A stretch of 64,000 bases of DNA, taken from the IMG/VR virus record IMGVR_UViG_3300025012_000031, positions 64,001 through 128,000 of that record. One strand, written 5' to 3'. A model generated the notes under the pieces. It searched no databases. It had not been told where the DNA came from and saw only the letters and a program-made list of their open reading frames with translations. The position numbers and the translations under genes are program-made. This stretch comes from a virus. Shown one piece after another: positions 37,258 through 48,552 of this stretch (the stretch's first letter is position 1; each line of letters starts with the position of its first letter).

Positions 37258-38742
37258 TATTTATCCTTCATCTTTCTGTCTACCAAGACGCGGTGATTTC
37301 GGCTATCCATACTTCCATGCCGTCCCACGGATCATCTATTCCAGAGGAGTGGTGTGTATAATTATCAAGTCTTGTGTTAATAGTAAAACCATCGCTTTGT
37401 AGTTTTGAAAAGAATGATTTTAAGTCGCCGTTTTTTATTGCCGAATAGACCGTGCTCTCCATGAATTCATGTTTATTGCAGTCCATCACAAATTTATTTT
37501 TACCAGCTGCAATTGCCTTCTTCACATTCTCATCAAAAGACTTGGTTTGATATCCAATGTAGTCAATGAGAAACTTTTCATAATATGACTTTGAAATAGC
37601 AAGTTGTTTTTTTCGCTTTTCTTGCTCTTCTTTTTGTTTTTTATTAATTTCTTCATCTAATAATTGTCTTGCATCCGATGCTTTCATGATCTACTCCTTA
37701 TTTTCTTTGAGCAAGGATATTAACTAAACGTTCGAACTGTAAGATGATACTCACCAGATGTTGGGCGGAGTCGTCACCTTCATATGCCAACTTTTCTAAG
37801 TTAAGCATTGCTGTTTTAACCTTAACAAGTTCAACCCCGCCGTCGGTACACGCAAACACATCGATAATTCTAACGATAGAATTTTGTATCGGAGATTCTT
37901 TAATGAATGTCGACATTTTTAATGATCCTCGATTGGATTTTCCTTCTCGTATTTCTTGTATAGGTCGGCTACATAATTTGGGTTCTCACAATGATTGTAT
38001 GCATACCCAAATCCAAAACCAAAGAACCTGATGACGCCCGCACAGATATAATCCCAACTTTTTCTGTTAGAGTAAACGATCGCGGTCTGAAAGAAGATCG
38101 CCTTTTGAATTTTACTCCGAACAATAAGTGGCCAATATATTTCAACCGAATGCAGCTTGCAGAAAATTTGTACTCTATCAGAGCAGATGTAACAGTGTTT
38201 AAACCTTTTGAGTATCATGTTAGTTCCTTTCAGATTGGTTTAGAGACATCTTTATATTGATAAAACCCCTGCTTGTATCTTTGGTAGTACATTGTATTGT
38301 CACCAAGTAGGTCCATATCAATTCCTCTACGAATCTCATCAAAGAACGAGTATCCGCATACACATGTGTATTTGTTTTTATGAACTAAAATCAATCCATC
38401 CTTTGTCTTTCTTACATAGGGATAAGGATGTTCCACCAAAGGAACATGATCTTCTTTTCCACAGTATGGGCAAATTGGTTTGTTCATTATATAGTCCACG
38501 TGATGCAGTCAACATTATTTTTCTTATAGAAAGAGATGATAACTTCCTTGGCAATGGGGTGCATTTTGTAGGCGGTCCCTTCTATTTCGCTAAGGTCCCA
38601 ACAAATTGTTCCATCACCATCACTCGGTAAGAAATCACTTTCGTTAGCGATAAATTCATGAAGCTCGTTCCAGTCATGACCCAATTCTTGACCGTGCTCT
38701 AAGAGTTCGCTCCAATCAGCAAGGTTAACTGTTTTCATTTAT

Positions 38743-39042
38743 CTATGTCTCCTTATTTAAGTAAGCCGCATACCTAGCGAGGATTTCTCCATGACATGGT
38801 AGGGGAGCACAAAAGCAGACAAGAATCTTACCATGAAGGTCCTTGACTGCCTTTGCAAATTCAACATCTTTTGTGATTTTATCTTTAAGATAAGTTTCGT
38901 ATTTGCGGAGGGTTGATCCGCGAGCAGATTCTTTTGGGAGATGATATGGATTACCGAATATGCTTGGTCTGGCGATGTAGACGTACCGCGGGTCATTCTT
39001 CCAACCACGCGGTGCATCTACAATATTAATTACATGCGTCAA
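38743..39042 (-). CDS. DUF4326 protein
   Basis: VYI.RPS.FGNPY...L.GK.L.CFCAP.PCHG..L. Confidence 0.85.
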   Translation of the reverse strand: MTHVINIVDAPRGWKNDPRYVYIARPSIFGNPYHLPKESARGSTLRKYETYLKDKITKDVEFAKAVKDLHGKILVCFCAPLPCHGEILARYAAYLNKET

Positions 39043-40105
39043 TTTTGTATGTCTCGTCAGGCAAACTATTCAGCACGGATTTATTGAATGTAACCAACTT
39101 CTTGTTACACCCATAAAGACATTTAGCCGACATCACCTTATGAACGCTGAATTTCTTTGCTCGGCGAAACACCGATTCTAACGGCCAATCAGCGATGTTA
39201 TCACCGGTGTGAGATGTTCCGTCGCGATACAAGTGCGAGCAGTTAGCAACATCACCGTATTCATTCACGACGAGTTCTGACAACTGAAGATAACACGGAA
39301 CATGGCGATTGTCTTCAAAGCGAACACCAGCCGTGAATGTAGTCTTGTCGTGAGAAGCATTAAACAAAAACTTTGATTCCCCATCTTCGTGTGCCTCGAA
39401 TAGAAAATCAAGTTCTGGCTTGATGTCATTAAACAAATGATCGATGCTTTCTTCTGTGAATACGAATCGCTCGTTCGTTCCTTTGTATGCCGAAAAGAAT
39501 GCTGCATACAGATTCGGTAGCTCGTTATAATACATCTTAAGGAACGGAACAATGTGATCCAGATTCTCCCTGGTCATCGTATATGTAATAGAGGTGATCG
39601 GACGAATATCTTCCGGTAATTTATTGATACGACGAAGATTTGTCAGGACACTATAGAATGATCCTTGTATACCCACCAACGAATCAAAGTAACCGGCATC
39701 ATGAGAATCAAGAGAAACTTTCAATCTCTTAATATAACGGAGTGTTTCCATCGGGATGAATGTGACAAGATTTGTGTTAAGATGAAACTGCACCGAGGGA
39801 AACATCCTTCCCAACCGAGCAATGTCACTATATAGCCAAGGAACACAGGAAGGTTCCCCACCGGTGATATGAAGAATACCCCCACCCATTTCATGATATT
39901 CACGAACGAGTTCACTGAACAGACGCCGATCAAGACTCTTCGGGGAACGCTCTTCATTGCAGTAGCTGCACTTGAGATTACAAGCAGAAGTTATATGTAA
40001 AGATAATCTTCTAAGATTTGGAAGTTCGTTCTTCAATAGACTATCAATTGTCTCCCCTATTCGCATTTCAAATAAATCCCAATATTTCGCTCCCGGATTG
40101 CTCAT
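39026..40105 (-). CDS. Radical SAM protein with C-terminal Cys (SPASM/twitch-like) domain
   Basis: CNLKCSYC, ITGGEP, VSLD, C-terminal C...C...C.YGC. Confidence 0.9.
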   Translation of the reverse strand: MSNPGAKYWDLFEMRIGETIDSLLKNELPNLRRLSLHITSACNLKCSYCNEERSPKSLDRRLFSELVREYHEMGGGILHITGGEPSCVPWLYSDIARLGRMFPSVQFHLNTNLVTFIPMETLRYIKRLKVSLDSHDAGYFDSLVGIQGSFYSVLTNLRRINKLPEDIRPITSITYTMTRENLDHIVPFLKMYYNELPNLYAAFFSAYKGTNERFVFTEESIDHLFNDIKPELDFLFEAHEDGESKFLFNASHDKTTFTAGVRFEDNRHVPCYLQLSELVVNEYGDVANCSHLYRDGTSHTGDNIADWPLESVFRRAKKFSVHKVMSAKCLYGCNKKLVTFNKSVLNSLPDETYKIDACN

Positions 40106-40922
40106 TTTCTAATTCCTTCCTTATTTTATTATTTCGTTTTGTCTCTGCTATTTTTCTTTTTGTTTCTTCTGTATGTTTTCTCCTAGGCCTATTTTTTAAT
40201 TTCATTCTTGTTTCTTCAGAAATTCCTGGCCTATTTTTTGCTGATTCTGATTGTTTTCTTTTTGTTTCTGGTGAAAATGTTTTTCCTATATTACTAATTC
40301 CAATTTTCTTTCGATGTTCCTCCGTTAAACAAATACCCTTTGTAGACTTCCCCACCTTTTTCCCAACTTCCTTAAATTTTTCTTTCATAACATCAGTCAT
40401 GAATCTACCCAACACCCACCCGTTTTTTATTAGATCATCGATTTCTGTTAAATGCGCCGGGCGAGATATGACTCCATTATTCAACCAAGATGTTCCTTTA
40501 TTCCCACCCGGATATGTATTTCTATCTCTATTTTTGTGAGACAGTTTTATTTTTTCTATATGATCATTTTTTAATTTGTCTGTACCATTTTTTTCTCTCG
40601 TTAATCTTTTCCTATTTTTACATTCGTCACTCTTTTGATATGTATTATATTGTTTTTTTAACCATTCATAATTTCTACTATTATATTTTTTGAAATTACT
40701 CATCATCACGGCTGCACAACATAAACTAGAATTTTTATATATCTTTGCTAATAATAAATGACACACGAAATGTTCTCTTAATGTTAAATATGCAAAATTA
40801 TCTTCTATATCTGAACCACCGATACATCGTGGTAAAATATGATGTCTTTCGTATTTTACTTCGGATTTTATTCTATTAACACTATTTGAAATTATCAGCT
40901 CGTAAATTTTTGTGTAATTCAT
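40068..40922 (-). mobile_element. MobE-like HNH homing endonuclease with NUMOD3 repeats, overlapping radical SAM start
   Basis: YERHHILPRC.GG.D...N...LT.REHFVCHLLL; TATAAATA 40946-40953. Confidence 0.9.
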
Positions 40923-40981
40923 ATAATAGGCTCCTGTTTTATTTTTATTTATAAAACAGTTAACCAATTAGTGCATTATGC

Positions 40982-41017
40982 AAAGCTGCACTTAAGATTG
41001 CATTTATTTATGATATG
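40982..41017 (-). pseudogene. Remnant of former radical SAM 5' end
   Basis: Encodes HIINKCNLKCSF, versus HITSACNLKCSY in the current gene. Confidence 0.75.
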
Positions 41018-41378
41018 TCAAATTCATAGAGGCGAATTATATCACACTTTGGGTGTGGTGTCAACAACTAAAAAGGCCACCAGAAGGCAGCCTAAAGTTT
41101 AATAAGGAAATTTTTAATTAAACTTTATTCATAAAATAAACACCCAGACGGCAATCAGAATCTTCCGCTTCAATTTGGCCGAAATCATGACAAGGAAGAT
41201 CTTTGTAGTAAGGTCTGTCATGTAAAGCACAAAGGTATTCTCCGTATGTTGTTGTTTGTTGTTCGTGATTAAACAATAACAAAATACGAAGATGGTGTCA
41301 ATAGATTTTTTCATATAGATGATTTTTATTTTGAAATGAAAAAGGACTTCAAGGAAATTAATCCAAGAAGTCCTTTTT

Positions 41379-41699
41379 TCATTTGCCCTTCATTGTTCTG
41401 TACCAATGGCGATAAAGCGCCTTCCAATCGGGTTCATCCCTTTTATCGGTAAGACTACGGGGATTGAAGGCGTGACCGAATTTCTTCATGTCACGATTGA
41501 CGCCCTCTACCTCTTGTTGCCATGTTCTTGACCAGCCCCAATCACGAATGTCATATTGACAGTAGGCCTTTTTGTAATTTGATCCGTCGGCAAATGTCTT
41601 GCCGCCACGCATCATTGCTCTGACTTTCCCATTAGCCAACCGTTTCCCAACAGTTGGGCAATCTCCACAGAACGGATGTTTCTTGAAACTTCTGCTCAT
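41379..41699 (-). CDS. Basic hypothetical protein (MSRSFKK type) with leader-controlled RBS
   Basis: GAGGAGG RBS in hairpin; terminator at 41339-41378. Confidence 0.65.
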   Translation of the reverse strand: MSRSFKKHPFCGDCPTVGKRLANGKVRAMMRGGKTFADGSNYKKAYCQYDIRDWGWSRTWQQEVEGVNRDMKKFGHAFNPRSLTDKRDEPDWKALYRHWYRTMKGK

Positions 41700-41730
41700 A
41701 AAAGTACCTCCTCGGATTGTATTAGTGTAA

Positions 41731-41775
41731 CTACAAACCGTGAGTGCATTTTCCTTTTACAAGATAGTGACGCAT
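41731..41775 (-). CDS. 14-aa upstream leader MRHYLVKGKCTHGL
   Basis: GGAG RBS; TAG stop lies in the 5' arm of the hairpin that masks the next RBS. Confidence 0.5.
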   Translation of the reverse strand: MRHYLVKGKCTHGL

Positions 41776-42625
41776 ATTTGCGCTCCGTTGTTTAAGGGCG
41801 GTTATATTTCACGAAGGTCTTTTTGACCTCATCCCGGAATTCGCCGAGAGTCAATTGCCTGAAATAATACGAGCAGCTGACGGTAAAGTTATTTATGGCG
41901 GCCCGGAGAATGTAATGGCGGTCACAGTCTTTGTTCGGGTTGATGTAGATCACGGGCTTTCCAGTAAGGGCGTTTTGAATGGCGATCTCCCGGCCGGTTT
42001 CTTTCACGAACGTGTCGCCGTGATTGATGAGCGCCAAACCGAATTTGATTTTCCCATCGTCATCAATGACGGCTGCGAGTGTACCGATGCCTTTGCCGTC
42101 ATAATTGCGGATGTGGGCGATCTTCATTTGTCTTTTACCTTTGGTTTCCATCTGTTTATTTCCCTTCGTTAGTTTGGCCAACAGACACTTGAAAATCATC
42201 ATGTATGAGGGCGGTTGTTTATTGGGGTCGAATGAAAACATGATTACACCCGAGCCATGACAAAGTTTTCGTACTGTGGTCCGAGAAAATATTTCTTTGC
42301 ACTTCGGCAGAATGTCACCAGCCCCGCATGTTTAAGAACACGGAATGTCGTTGAGTGGCACCCGTTCATCACCATGCCCTGCGTATTGTAACCAAGCCGA
42401 ACGAGGATTTCGTTCTTTGACATCGGTCCGTGTTTCTCGATGCTTTCCATCATCCGCAAGTAAACAGACTTCTTTCCGTCGGCGGTAACAGGCCGATTGA
42501 GATTGAATTCTTTGCATCCCGGTACGTCCGGTGATTGGAATCTGTTTTCACTTCTTGTCATGATTTTGTTGATCTCCTTCGTTCGTTGATTGATTAAAGC
42601 AATTTATCAAAATTTGCTTGCGATG

Positions 42626-43234
42626 TCAACCACTTTTTGCTATGATATAGACATCTTTATTTTTGAGTTGTCTTTCATATTCAAGAACATCATCGGCATA
42701 TCTTGCACATACCTTCCATCGTAGGCCGGCGTGCCCGCCATTATAGAAACGTAGGGCATCTCGCTTATTTGGATACTCGCTCATCAGTGTATTCATGATG
42801 AAGTCACAGGCTGCGAGATTTTGCTCAATCTTATAATAATCATCCATTCCACGTATGATGCCCGCCTTCTTTAATGCCTTATGCCAGTATCGTGGAATGA
42901 TGCCCGTTAAACCTTTTGCTCCCTTATGACTAATTGCACTCTTGTTGAAAGAAGATTCTCGTAAAGTAATAGCGATGATTAATTCCGGTTGAGATGTTTT
43001 CATCGCGGCGATTACGATACGATCAATGTATTCTTCGCTGAGGGTCGGATCAAAGTCATATATGAAATCTGCTATTCGTTCTTTTCTTACGAAGAACTGG
43101 TTGCTGATGTCGCCCGCAACCAGTTCTTCGGCGGATTTCATACTTGGTATATTTTGTCTTTTCATCACCGTATTGATACCTAGAATAGTAAAGATACCTA
43201 TCAGGCACAAGATGATAAAATTACGATTTTTCAT
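42626..43234 (-). CDS. SLT-family lytic transglycosylase
   Basis: AI..RESSF...A.S..GA.GL..I...N...AL..YNGG. Confidence 0.85.
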   Translation of the reverse strand: MKNRNFIILCLIGIFTILGINTVMKRQNIPSMKSAEELVAGDISNQFFVRKERIADFIYDFDPTLSEEYIDRIVIAAMKTSQPELIIAITLRESSFNKSAISHKGAKGLTGIIPRYWHKALKKAGIIRGMDDYYKIEQNLAACDFIMNTLMSEYPNKRDALRFYNGGHAGLRWKVCARYADDVLEYERQLKNKDVYIIAKSG

Positions 43235-44109
43235 TATCCTGATACTCCGTGAACGATGACCTCCCGCGGGATGTTAAACGGATTGTCTCGTTTGAATTTT
43301 GTTGCGTTATGGCGCTTGATGACAGGGCAGCCGGGAATCACGTCATTCTTGTTGATGCAGAATGCAAGGAGTCGACAATCGACCTCTGCATACGAATCGA
43401 CCCCAAGTTGGTCAAGATCAGAATTTGTGATACCAAGACCGTCGGTCGGCGTCGCATCAATGCAGGCATAAAGAGCTTCAGCAGGACGAAGTGCAATTAG
43501 ATCGCCGCTAAGACCAGCTTCTCTGCGGTATTCATCGGCCATGAATTTCGCGAGACCATAAACTTCAGTCTTCCAAAGCTGTTGAATCATGCCGTAGTCG
43601 CCGACGTCACCGTGTAGTGTCCAGAATCCGAGTGCGAGTTCGGTGAGATTGTCTGTCGAAAGGACAAGACCTTTATACATCGATGCGATATGGTAGAGCT
43701 GAATCATCCGCACTCGAGCTTTGACGTTGCCGCGCCGAATCTTGATGCCGAACTCGATTTCATCTTCGGTCGCATCGTCCGAAATATAAAAAGCGGCTTC
43801 TTCATAATTTTCCATCGGGTCATAAAGACCACGGAACGACCTCGTCATATCAATTGTCGCAAAATCTTGGCAGAAGTGCAAACCGATAGCCGTGCCCCTG
43901 GCGGTTTCTTCCTTTGAGTTCGTTTCAATCGGTAGGCATCGACCGATGACGGGAACACCGCATTCTGAAGCAAGGGCCGCCACGAGTGCCGAGTCAATTC
44001 CTCCAGATAATCCGATAACGAGGGCCTGGATGTTATTTGCTGCAATGTACTCTTTGGTCTCGCGAAGGATGTTCTCCTTCATCTTTGCATAGTCTGTTCT
44101 GAATTTCAT
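43234..44109 (-). CDS. nadE: NH3-dependent NAD+ synthetase
   Basis: IGLSGGIDSA, GNVKARVRM, TDN.TE..LGFWTLHGD, KTEV, PTDGL. Confidence 0.93.
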   Translation of the reverse strand: MKFRTDYAKMKENILRETKEYIAANNIQALVIGLSGGIDSALVAALASECGVPVIGRCLPIETNSKEETARGTAIGLHFCQDFATIDMTRSFRGLYDPMENYEEAAFYISDDATEDEIEFGIKIRRGNVKARVRMIQLYHIASMYKGLVLSTDNLTELALGFWTLHGDVGDYGMIQQLWKTEVYGLAKFMADEYRREAGLSGDLIALRPAEALYACIDATPTDGLGITNSDLDQLGVDSYAEVDCRLLAFCINKNDVIPGCPVIKRHNATKFKRDNPFNIPREVIVHGVSG

Positions 44110-44120
44110 TCTTTTCTCCT

Positions 44121-44630
44121 TTACAGATTTAGTTTACGAGCGATTTCATCTGTTCTCACGCTGAGAACATCTGTTCTCAAATTGAGAACATAGGCCAGTT
44201 CATAAGGTGTCGGTGCTGTCCAACTTTTCGCCATATTACTTAGTATTTCTTTAGGAACCTGTCTTTCACGCAAATTTTGGAGTTTCATTGCCGCATCAAT
44301 ATCTGGTGCAAACAACACAAACTTGAACTTGGCGCCGAACTCTCTACCAACAACCAACCAATCTTTTCTTGCCTTCGGTGAAGTATGAGTGTTGGTTATT
44401 CCAATATGAGTGATGTTCGGATCAGTAAGCGCCTGTGTGTACAAGGCACGACAACGATCGGTTACTTGTCTTTCATGTGTAAAGCAATCTTCTCTACCAG
44501 TCAATATCTTTCGCATGTCATCCCTATTGATAATAACATGCGGTGTATCTTTAAGCATTTCCGCAACGAACGTTGACTTACCACATGATGGTATGCCGAT
44601 CGTTATGATAACTGTTTTTTCCATATTCAT
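44121..44630 (-). CDS. Polynucleotide kinase-like P-loop protein (AAA_33)
   Basis: GIPSCGKST, NRDD.R, R..R.VP. Confidence 0.8.
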   Translation of the reverse strand: MNMEKTVIITIGIPSCGKSTFVAEMLKDTPHVIINRDDMRKILTGREDCFTHERQVTDRCRALYTQALTDPNITHIGITNTHTSPKARKDWLVVGREFGAKFKFVLFAPDIDAAMKLQNLRERQVPKEILSNMAKSWTAPTPYELAYVLNLRTDVLSVRTDEIARKLNL

Positions 44631-45187
44631 ATCTCCATATTAATTCAATGAATTCGTTATGTCAACAACTTTATTTTAAAATTTCATAAACGTGCCGATG
44701 TTCAATTTGGGCCGATATCTTCCTAAGTTTCCACCGCTCGTATAACTGTTGCCGACTAGCCATTCCCTGAAACCCCGTCGACCTTAGTCGTGTCGGCATC
44801 GTCAAGATCGCATAAACGACTTATATCATCAACAGAAAGTTTCTTGGCATATGTTTTGAAGTAATCAATGAAAATGCCGATCCCCGCCCTATGATCATAT
44901 TGGTTTTCTTCCTTCTCGTATAAAGAAACAATCACATTACGAAATTTTAGCAGCGTATCAATACTAAAAATTTCTTTGGGTAACTTCACTGCTATATTGT
45001 TGTACCGATCAATGTACAGGTCTTTAAGGATGACCCCGTCAATCTCAACCGAGTCGTCGGTTCTTTTAATATAGCCAACATTCAGAACATTGGCTACCTC
45101 GATATTAATCCGCCGATTCATCACTTCTAACGCTTCACGTTCAATCGTCTTTATGCTTTCACGTAGTCCGTTCATTCGTTTTCTCCT

Positions 45188-46228
45188 TTACATACGAAGT
45201 TTATCTTTGAGATATGTGATCGGAATCATCTTCACTGCTTTATCTTTTTCTTCGTCATCACGGTATAATTGCTGGGCATTAGTTCCGATACATCTGTTGA
45301 CAAATTCATCATAGATTTTTTTCTGTTCATCTCTTGGAAATCTATATTTGATAACTTCACATAGATCAATGAAACTCCACATCCGATCTTTTGTTGTATG
45401 CGTGGTAAATAATATATCTGAAATTTCTGATAGATCAGTTGTATATGATGATTCCGCTACAGACAGTTCACCCAATAGACGGCCGTTTAGTGCCGGTGAA
45501 TTCTCCATGATAACTTTGTATTTTTTCCGAAGGCCATGTGTCACCGAAAATGCATGTGGGTGGACTTCTATGTAAGTCGGTATACCCTTTTTACACTTAG
45601 CAACATATTCATATTGACTGTTGGCGAAATCAATGGAACCCAACAGATACTTATGGAAGACACCCTTGATTCCTTTAGTGATATCATTCCAATCGCTATA
45701 GTGCGAGAATATCGCCCACTCTGTTGGAATACACGCAGCATCACAGTCAACAGGAACGAAGTCAAATTGAATGTTGCCAATTGGAGTTTTGAATAATGCC
45801 GAAATTTGAGAGATGGACGTTTGACTAATACCAAAGCATTCAAACGAACCGATCTGTTTATTGTCCCTTAGAAATTGTCTTAGAGAATGATAGTCACGTT
45901 TGTCAATGAAAACATCAACATCACCGAACTGCGGTTTAAACTCGGCAAGTTCGATATTGGCTATTGCATAATCAAAAAGAAATCGCGATGAACCGGCGAA
46001 ACGATACTTACTTGGTATTACTATGTTCGGCCAAAGTGGAACAGCATCAATCCACTTTTGCTCGAACTCGGCATTTAGTACACCCAATAGTTCATTGATG
46101 ACCGTTGTGACTTGGTGCCTTGGATAAACTAAAAGGTCGACACAATCTGCGCCGACCCCATTGACTTGAATGTTTCCGCCCATGTGATCGTCTCCTTTAG
46201 GATTCGTAATGAACGGCCATTTTATCAA
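45188..46228 (-). CDS. Pol-beta-superfamily nucleotidyltransferase
   Basis: GSS...FGDVDV...IQFDF...G.KGVFHKYLL. Confidence 0.65.
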   Translation of the reverse strand: MIKWPFITNPKGDDHMGGNIQVNGVGADCVDLLVYPRHQVTTVINELLGVLNAEFEQKWIDAVPLWPNIVIPSKYRFAGSSRFLFDYAIANIELAEFKPQFGDVDVFIDKRDYHSLRQFLRDNKQIGSFECFGISQTSISQISALFKTPIGNIQFDFVPVDCDAACIPTEWAIFSHYSDWNDITKGIKGVFHKYLLGSIDFANSQYEYVAKCKKGIPTYIEVHPHAFSVTHGLRKKYKVIMENSPALNGRLLGELSVAESSYTTDLSEISDILFTTHTTKDRMWSFIDLCEVIKYRFPRDEQKKIYDEFVNRCIGTNAQQLYRDDEEKDKAVKMIPITYLKDKLRM

Positions 46229-46539
46229 TTTTTTAGAAGAATGTCAATAACTTTATACTCCACGCCTACGAGATTTGAGATCACGCATCAACCGATCGAA
46301 TTGGTCCTCGGCAATCCAAACAACAACAGTCTTCCCCGTGCCAGGGTCCTTCTGGTGAATTGCCACACCGACCGCGGATGTTCCACCGACAAAGAGTGTT
46401 GGGACTGATGTATTAGAGATGATCTTTGTGAACTCATCGCCGAATGAAGTTGTGGGGAGCACTTCGGCTTCTGTGACCGGTTTGGCACCGAGAACCTCAG
46501 CTGCTTTAAGATGTCGTGAGAATTTATCTTTTGTGATCA

Positions 46540-46974
46540 TTATTCTATCTCCACTATTGTCAATTTTTTAAACTCTATGATAGTACCGTTCATATCTTCA
46601 ACGACAACCTTTTCTGTTCCTGGTTTTGGAAATGATCGACCCGGTGGAAGAAACGTAATTAAGCTAAGATTGCCATTGGCATCGACCCCAGAAACAAATC
46701 CCTGATTAAGAGACTTGGAGAAGAAAAGAATCTCATCTCCAGCTTTTGCGGTCATCGTCTTAAACTGTTCTATTGCATTAATGAATAGTGTTTTGATATC
46801 ATCCGTGGTTAATGTTGTCCTTTGAATGATTCTATCAAGACCGTGCTTTGTATTGAGGAGCCAGAGATTCTTCCAAAAGAAAAGAAACTTACTACCAAGA
46901 TTAAGCACGCCATCAAGCAAGCCTTCATCTATTTCTGTTTGTCTTTGTTTGAAAGATTTTATCATCTTCATCAA
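46540..46974 (-). CDS. Hypothetical protein, CTS-like N-terminus, H...R..QR motif (possible RelE-like nuclease fold)
   Basis: MIKSFKQRQTEIDE; TKHGLDRIIQR; LITF. Confidence 0.4.
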   Translation of the reverse strand: MMKMIKSFKQRQTEIDEGLLDGVLNLGSKFLFFWKNLWLLNTKHGLDRIIQRTTLTTDDIKTLFINAIEQFKTMTAKAGDEILFFSKSLNQGFVSGVDANGNLSLITFLPPGRSFPKPGTEKVVVEDMNGTIIEFKKLTIVEIE

Positions 46975-46982
46975 TACCGATC

Positions 46983-47639
46983 TTATGCAAACAATACACC
47001 CAGCTCTGCTTGTTTACCACCCTTGCTAACACGAACTTCATAGCGAAGGTTCGGAGAAAATTGACGATTGATCTTGTCCTTATAAGCGACAAATGCTTTG
47101 ATGTTGTCAACATCCGTGTCATCAAACTTACGCTTGTCTCGGCGAGAGATGATGCTTGGCATTGTACCAAACGTATCATAGTCCTTTTCGGCCATTTCAT
47201 CTGGATCACAGTCAGCAACTTTATAAACATCATCTTCTTTTATGACATAGAACTCTTCAAAATCGTTGAGATCATATTCACTGAACTTCCCACCCATTGT
47301 AAATGCAGGAGCGAAGAGTTTGTCACGAGCCGCATCTTTGAGAGATTCGAAGCTACGAGGATTATATTCATCATATTCCTTGTTACGAAACTTCTTTTTC
47401 AATTGTTTACGACGCGATTGGCCCTTCTCAAGAGCGACCTCTCCACCGCCGCTATTAGGATCATTTCCTATGACGACGTCTTCTGCCGCGGTATCATCAA
47501 GATCAAGTTTATTATACCACTTGAAAAATTCATCCCATGTAGTAAATCCGAACATCCCTTCAAATTCCTTAAGCGGTGGGACTGACACTTTCTTACCACG
47601 ACCTTCGGTGAGATAGACTTTAAAGCCCTTTATCTTCAT
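46983..47639 (-). CDS. Hypothetical protein with CTS-like N-terminus
   Basis: MKIKGFKVYLTE; GGAAGG RBS. Confidence 0.5.
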   Translation of the reverse strand: MKIKGFKVYLTEGRGKKVSVPPLKEFEGMFGFTTWDEFFKWYNKLDLDDTAAEDVVIGNDPNSGGGEVALEKGQSRRKQLKKKFRNKEYDEYNPRSFESLKDAARDKLFAPAFTMGGKFSEYDLNDFEEFYVIKEDDVYKVADCDPDEMAEKDYDTFGTMPSIISRRDKRKFDDTDVDNIKAFVAYKDKINRQFSPNLRYEVRVSKGGKQAELGVLFA

Positions 47640-47643
47640 ATTA

Positions 47644-48552
47644 TTACCTTCCTCTGAATGTATCACTTATCACTTTAAATTTGAAAGTATCAGCAACGGT
47701 GCAGACGATTCCTTCGACTTCATCCCCGAACTTATAATCATTCACACTATCAAAGATGTCTTTAGCAAACGAGTTGCCGTACTCAAGCATCAGATCATAT
47801 AGCTCTTGTTTTACTTCCTTATGTCGATGTTTTCGACTTTGGAGAATAAAGGACGGCATATCATCTAATTTTATTTTATTTATACTTTCAATGAATTCAG
47901 AAAATGGCTTTGTGATCTTGATCGGTTTCTGTCTGATAAATGGGTCGCTATAAATCGCTCGTTCATTATTTAATCTCTTGATCGAATTAATCAGAAACAT
48001 TTGAACATTTGGCTGTATGGCGCCATCAAACCCACCAAAATCATTGTTCCCAATAACAGCATGATTGACTATAGTCATCATGTGGCCAAGTTTTCCCATG
48101 TCATAATCTGTCTTAATGAAACGGATAGACCCATTCGGTTGAATCGTACCCAATGGATTATAAAGACATTCAGCGACAAATTTAATACCACGATGACTAC
48201 GAAATGCATATTTGTTCAAACTCAAGAATTTCTGTAGCCTCGCATCATTCAACATCATATCAAAGATGTGATCATACGCATCGGCGATTTCATTTGACTG
48301 CCCATATTTTTGTATGGCATATTCAGAGAAGGACCCGTGTTTATGTTGGGGACCAGACCTAGATGATTCGATAAAAAATCTATCATGTTCATCTAACCCA
48401 TACCGAAGACCAAAGCCATCGATCTTGAGTTGAATGTGCGGTGTAAAGCCGGGTAGATTACCGAAAGAATTCATCGAAAATAACATACGAAGTAAATCAT
48501 TCTTTTGCATCGTTTCGATATGCGGTATGCCTTTTCTTGGTGTCGGTTCCAT
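47644..48552 (-). CDS. ATP-dependent ligase-fold (covalent nucleotidyltransferase) protein
   Basis: Motif I KIDG, motif IV EGIV, motif V FKFKV. Confidence 0.6.
   Translation of the reverse strand: MEPTPRKGIPHIETMQKNDLLRMLFSMNSFGNLPGFTPHIQLKIDGFGLRYGLDEHDRFFIESSRSGPQHKHGSFSEYAIQKYGQSNEIADAYDHIFDMMLNDARLQKFLSLNKYAFRSHRGIKFVAECLYNPLGTIQPNGSIRFIKTDYDMGKLGHMMTIVNHAVIGNNDFGGFDGAIQPNVQMFLINSIKRLNNERAIYSDPFIRQKPIKITKPFSEFIESINKIKLDDMPSFILQSRKHRHKEVKQELYDLMLEYGNSFAKDIFDSVNDYKFGDEVEGIVCTVADTFKFKVISDTFRGR

Noticed and set aside
41118-41240. Cys-containing frame (CALHDRPYYKDLPCHDF...) after a strong early promoter
   Set aside because: No start codon in that frame; it may be a deletion relic but is too short to assign.
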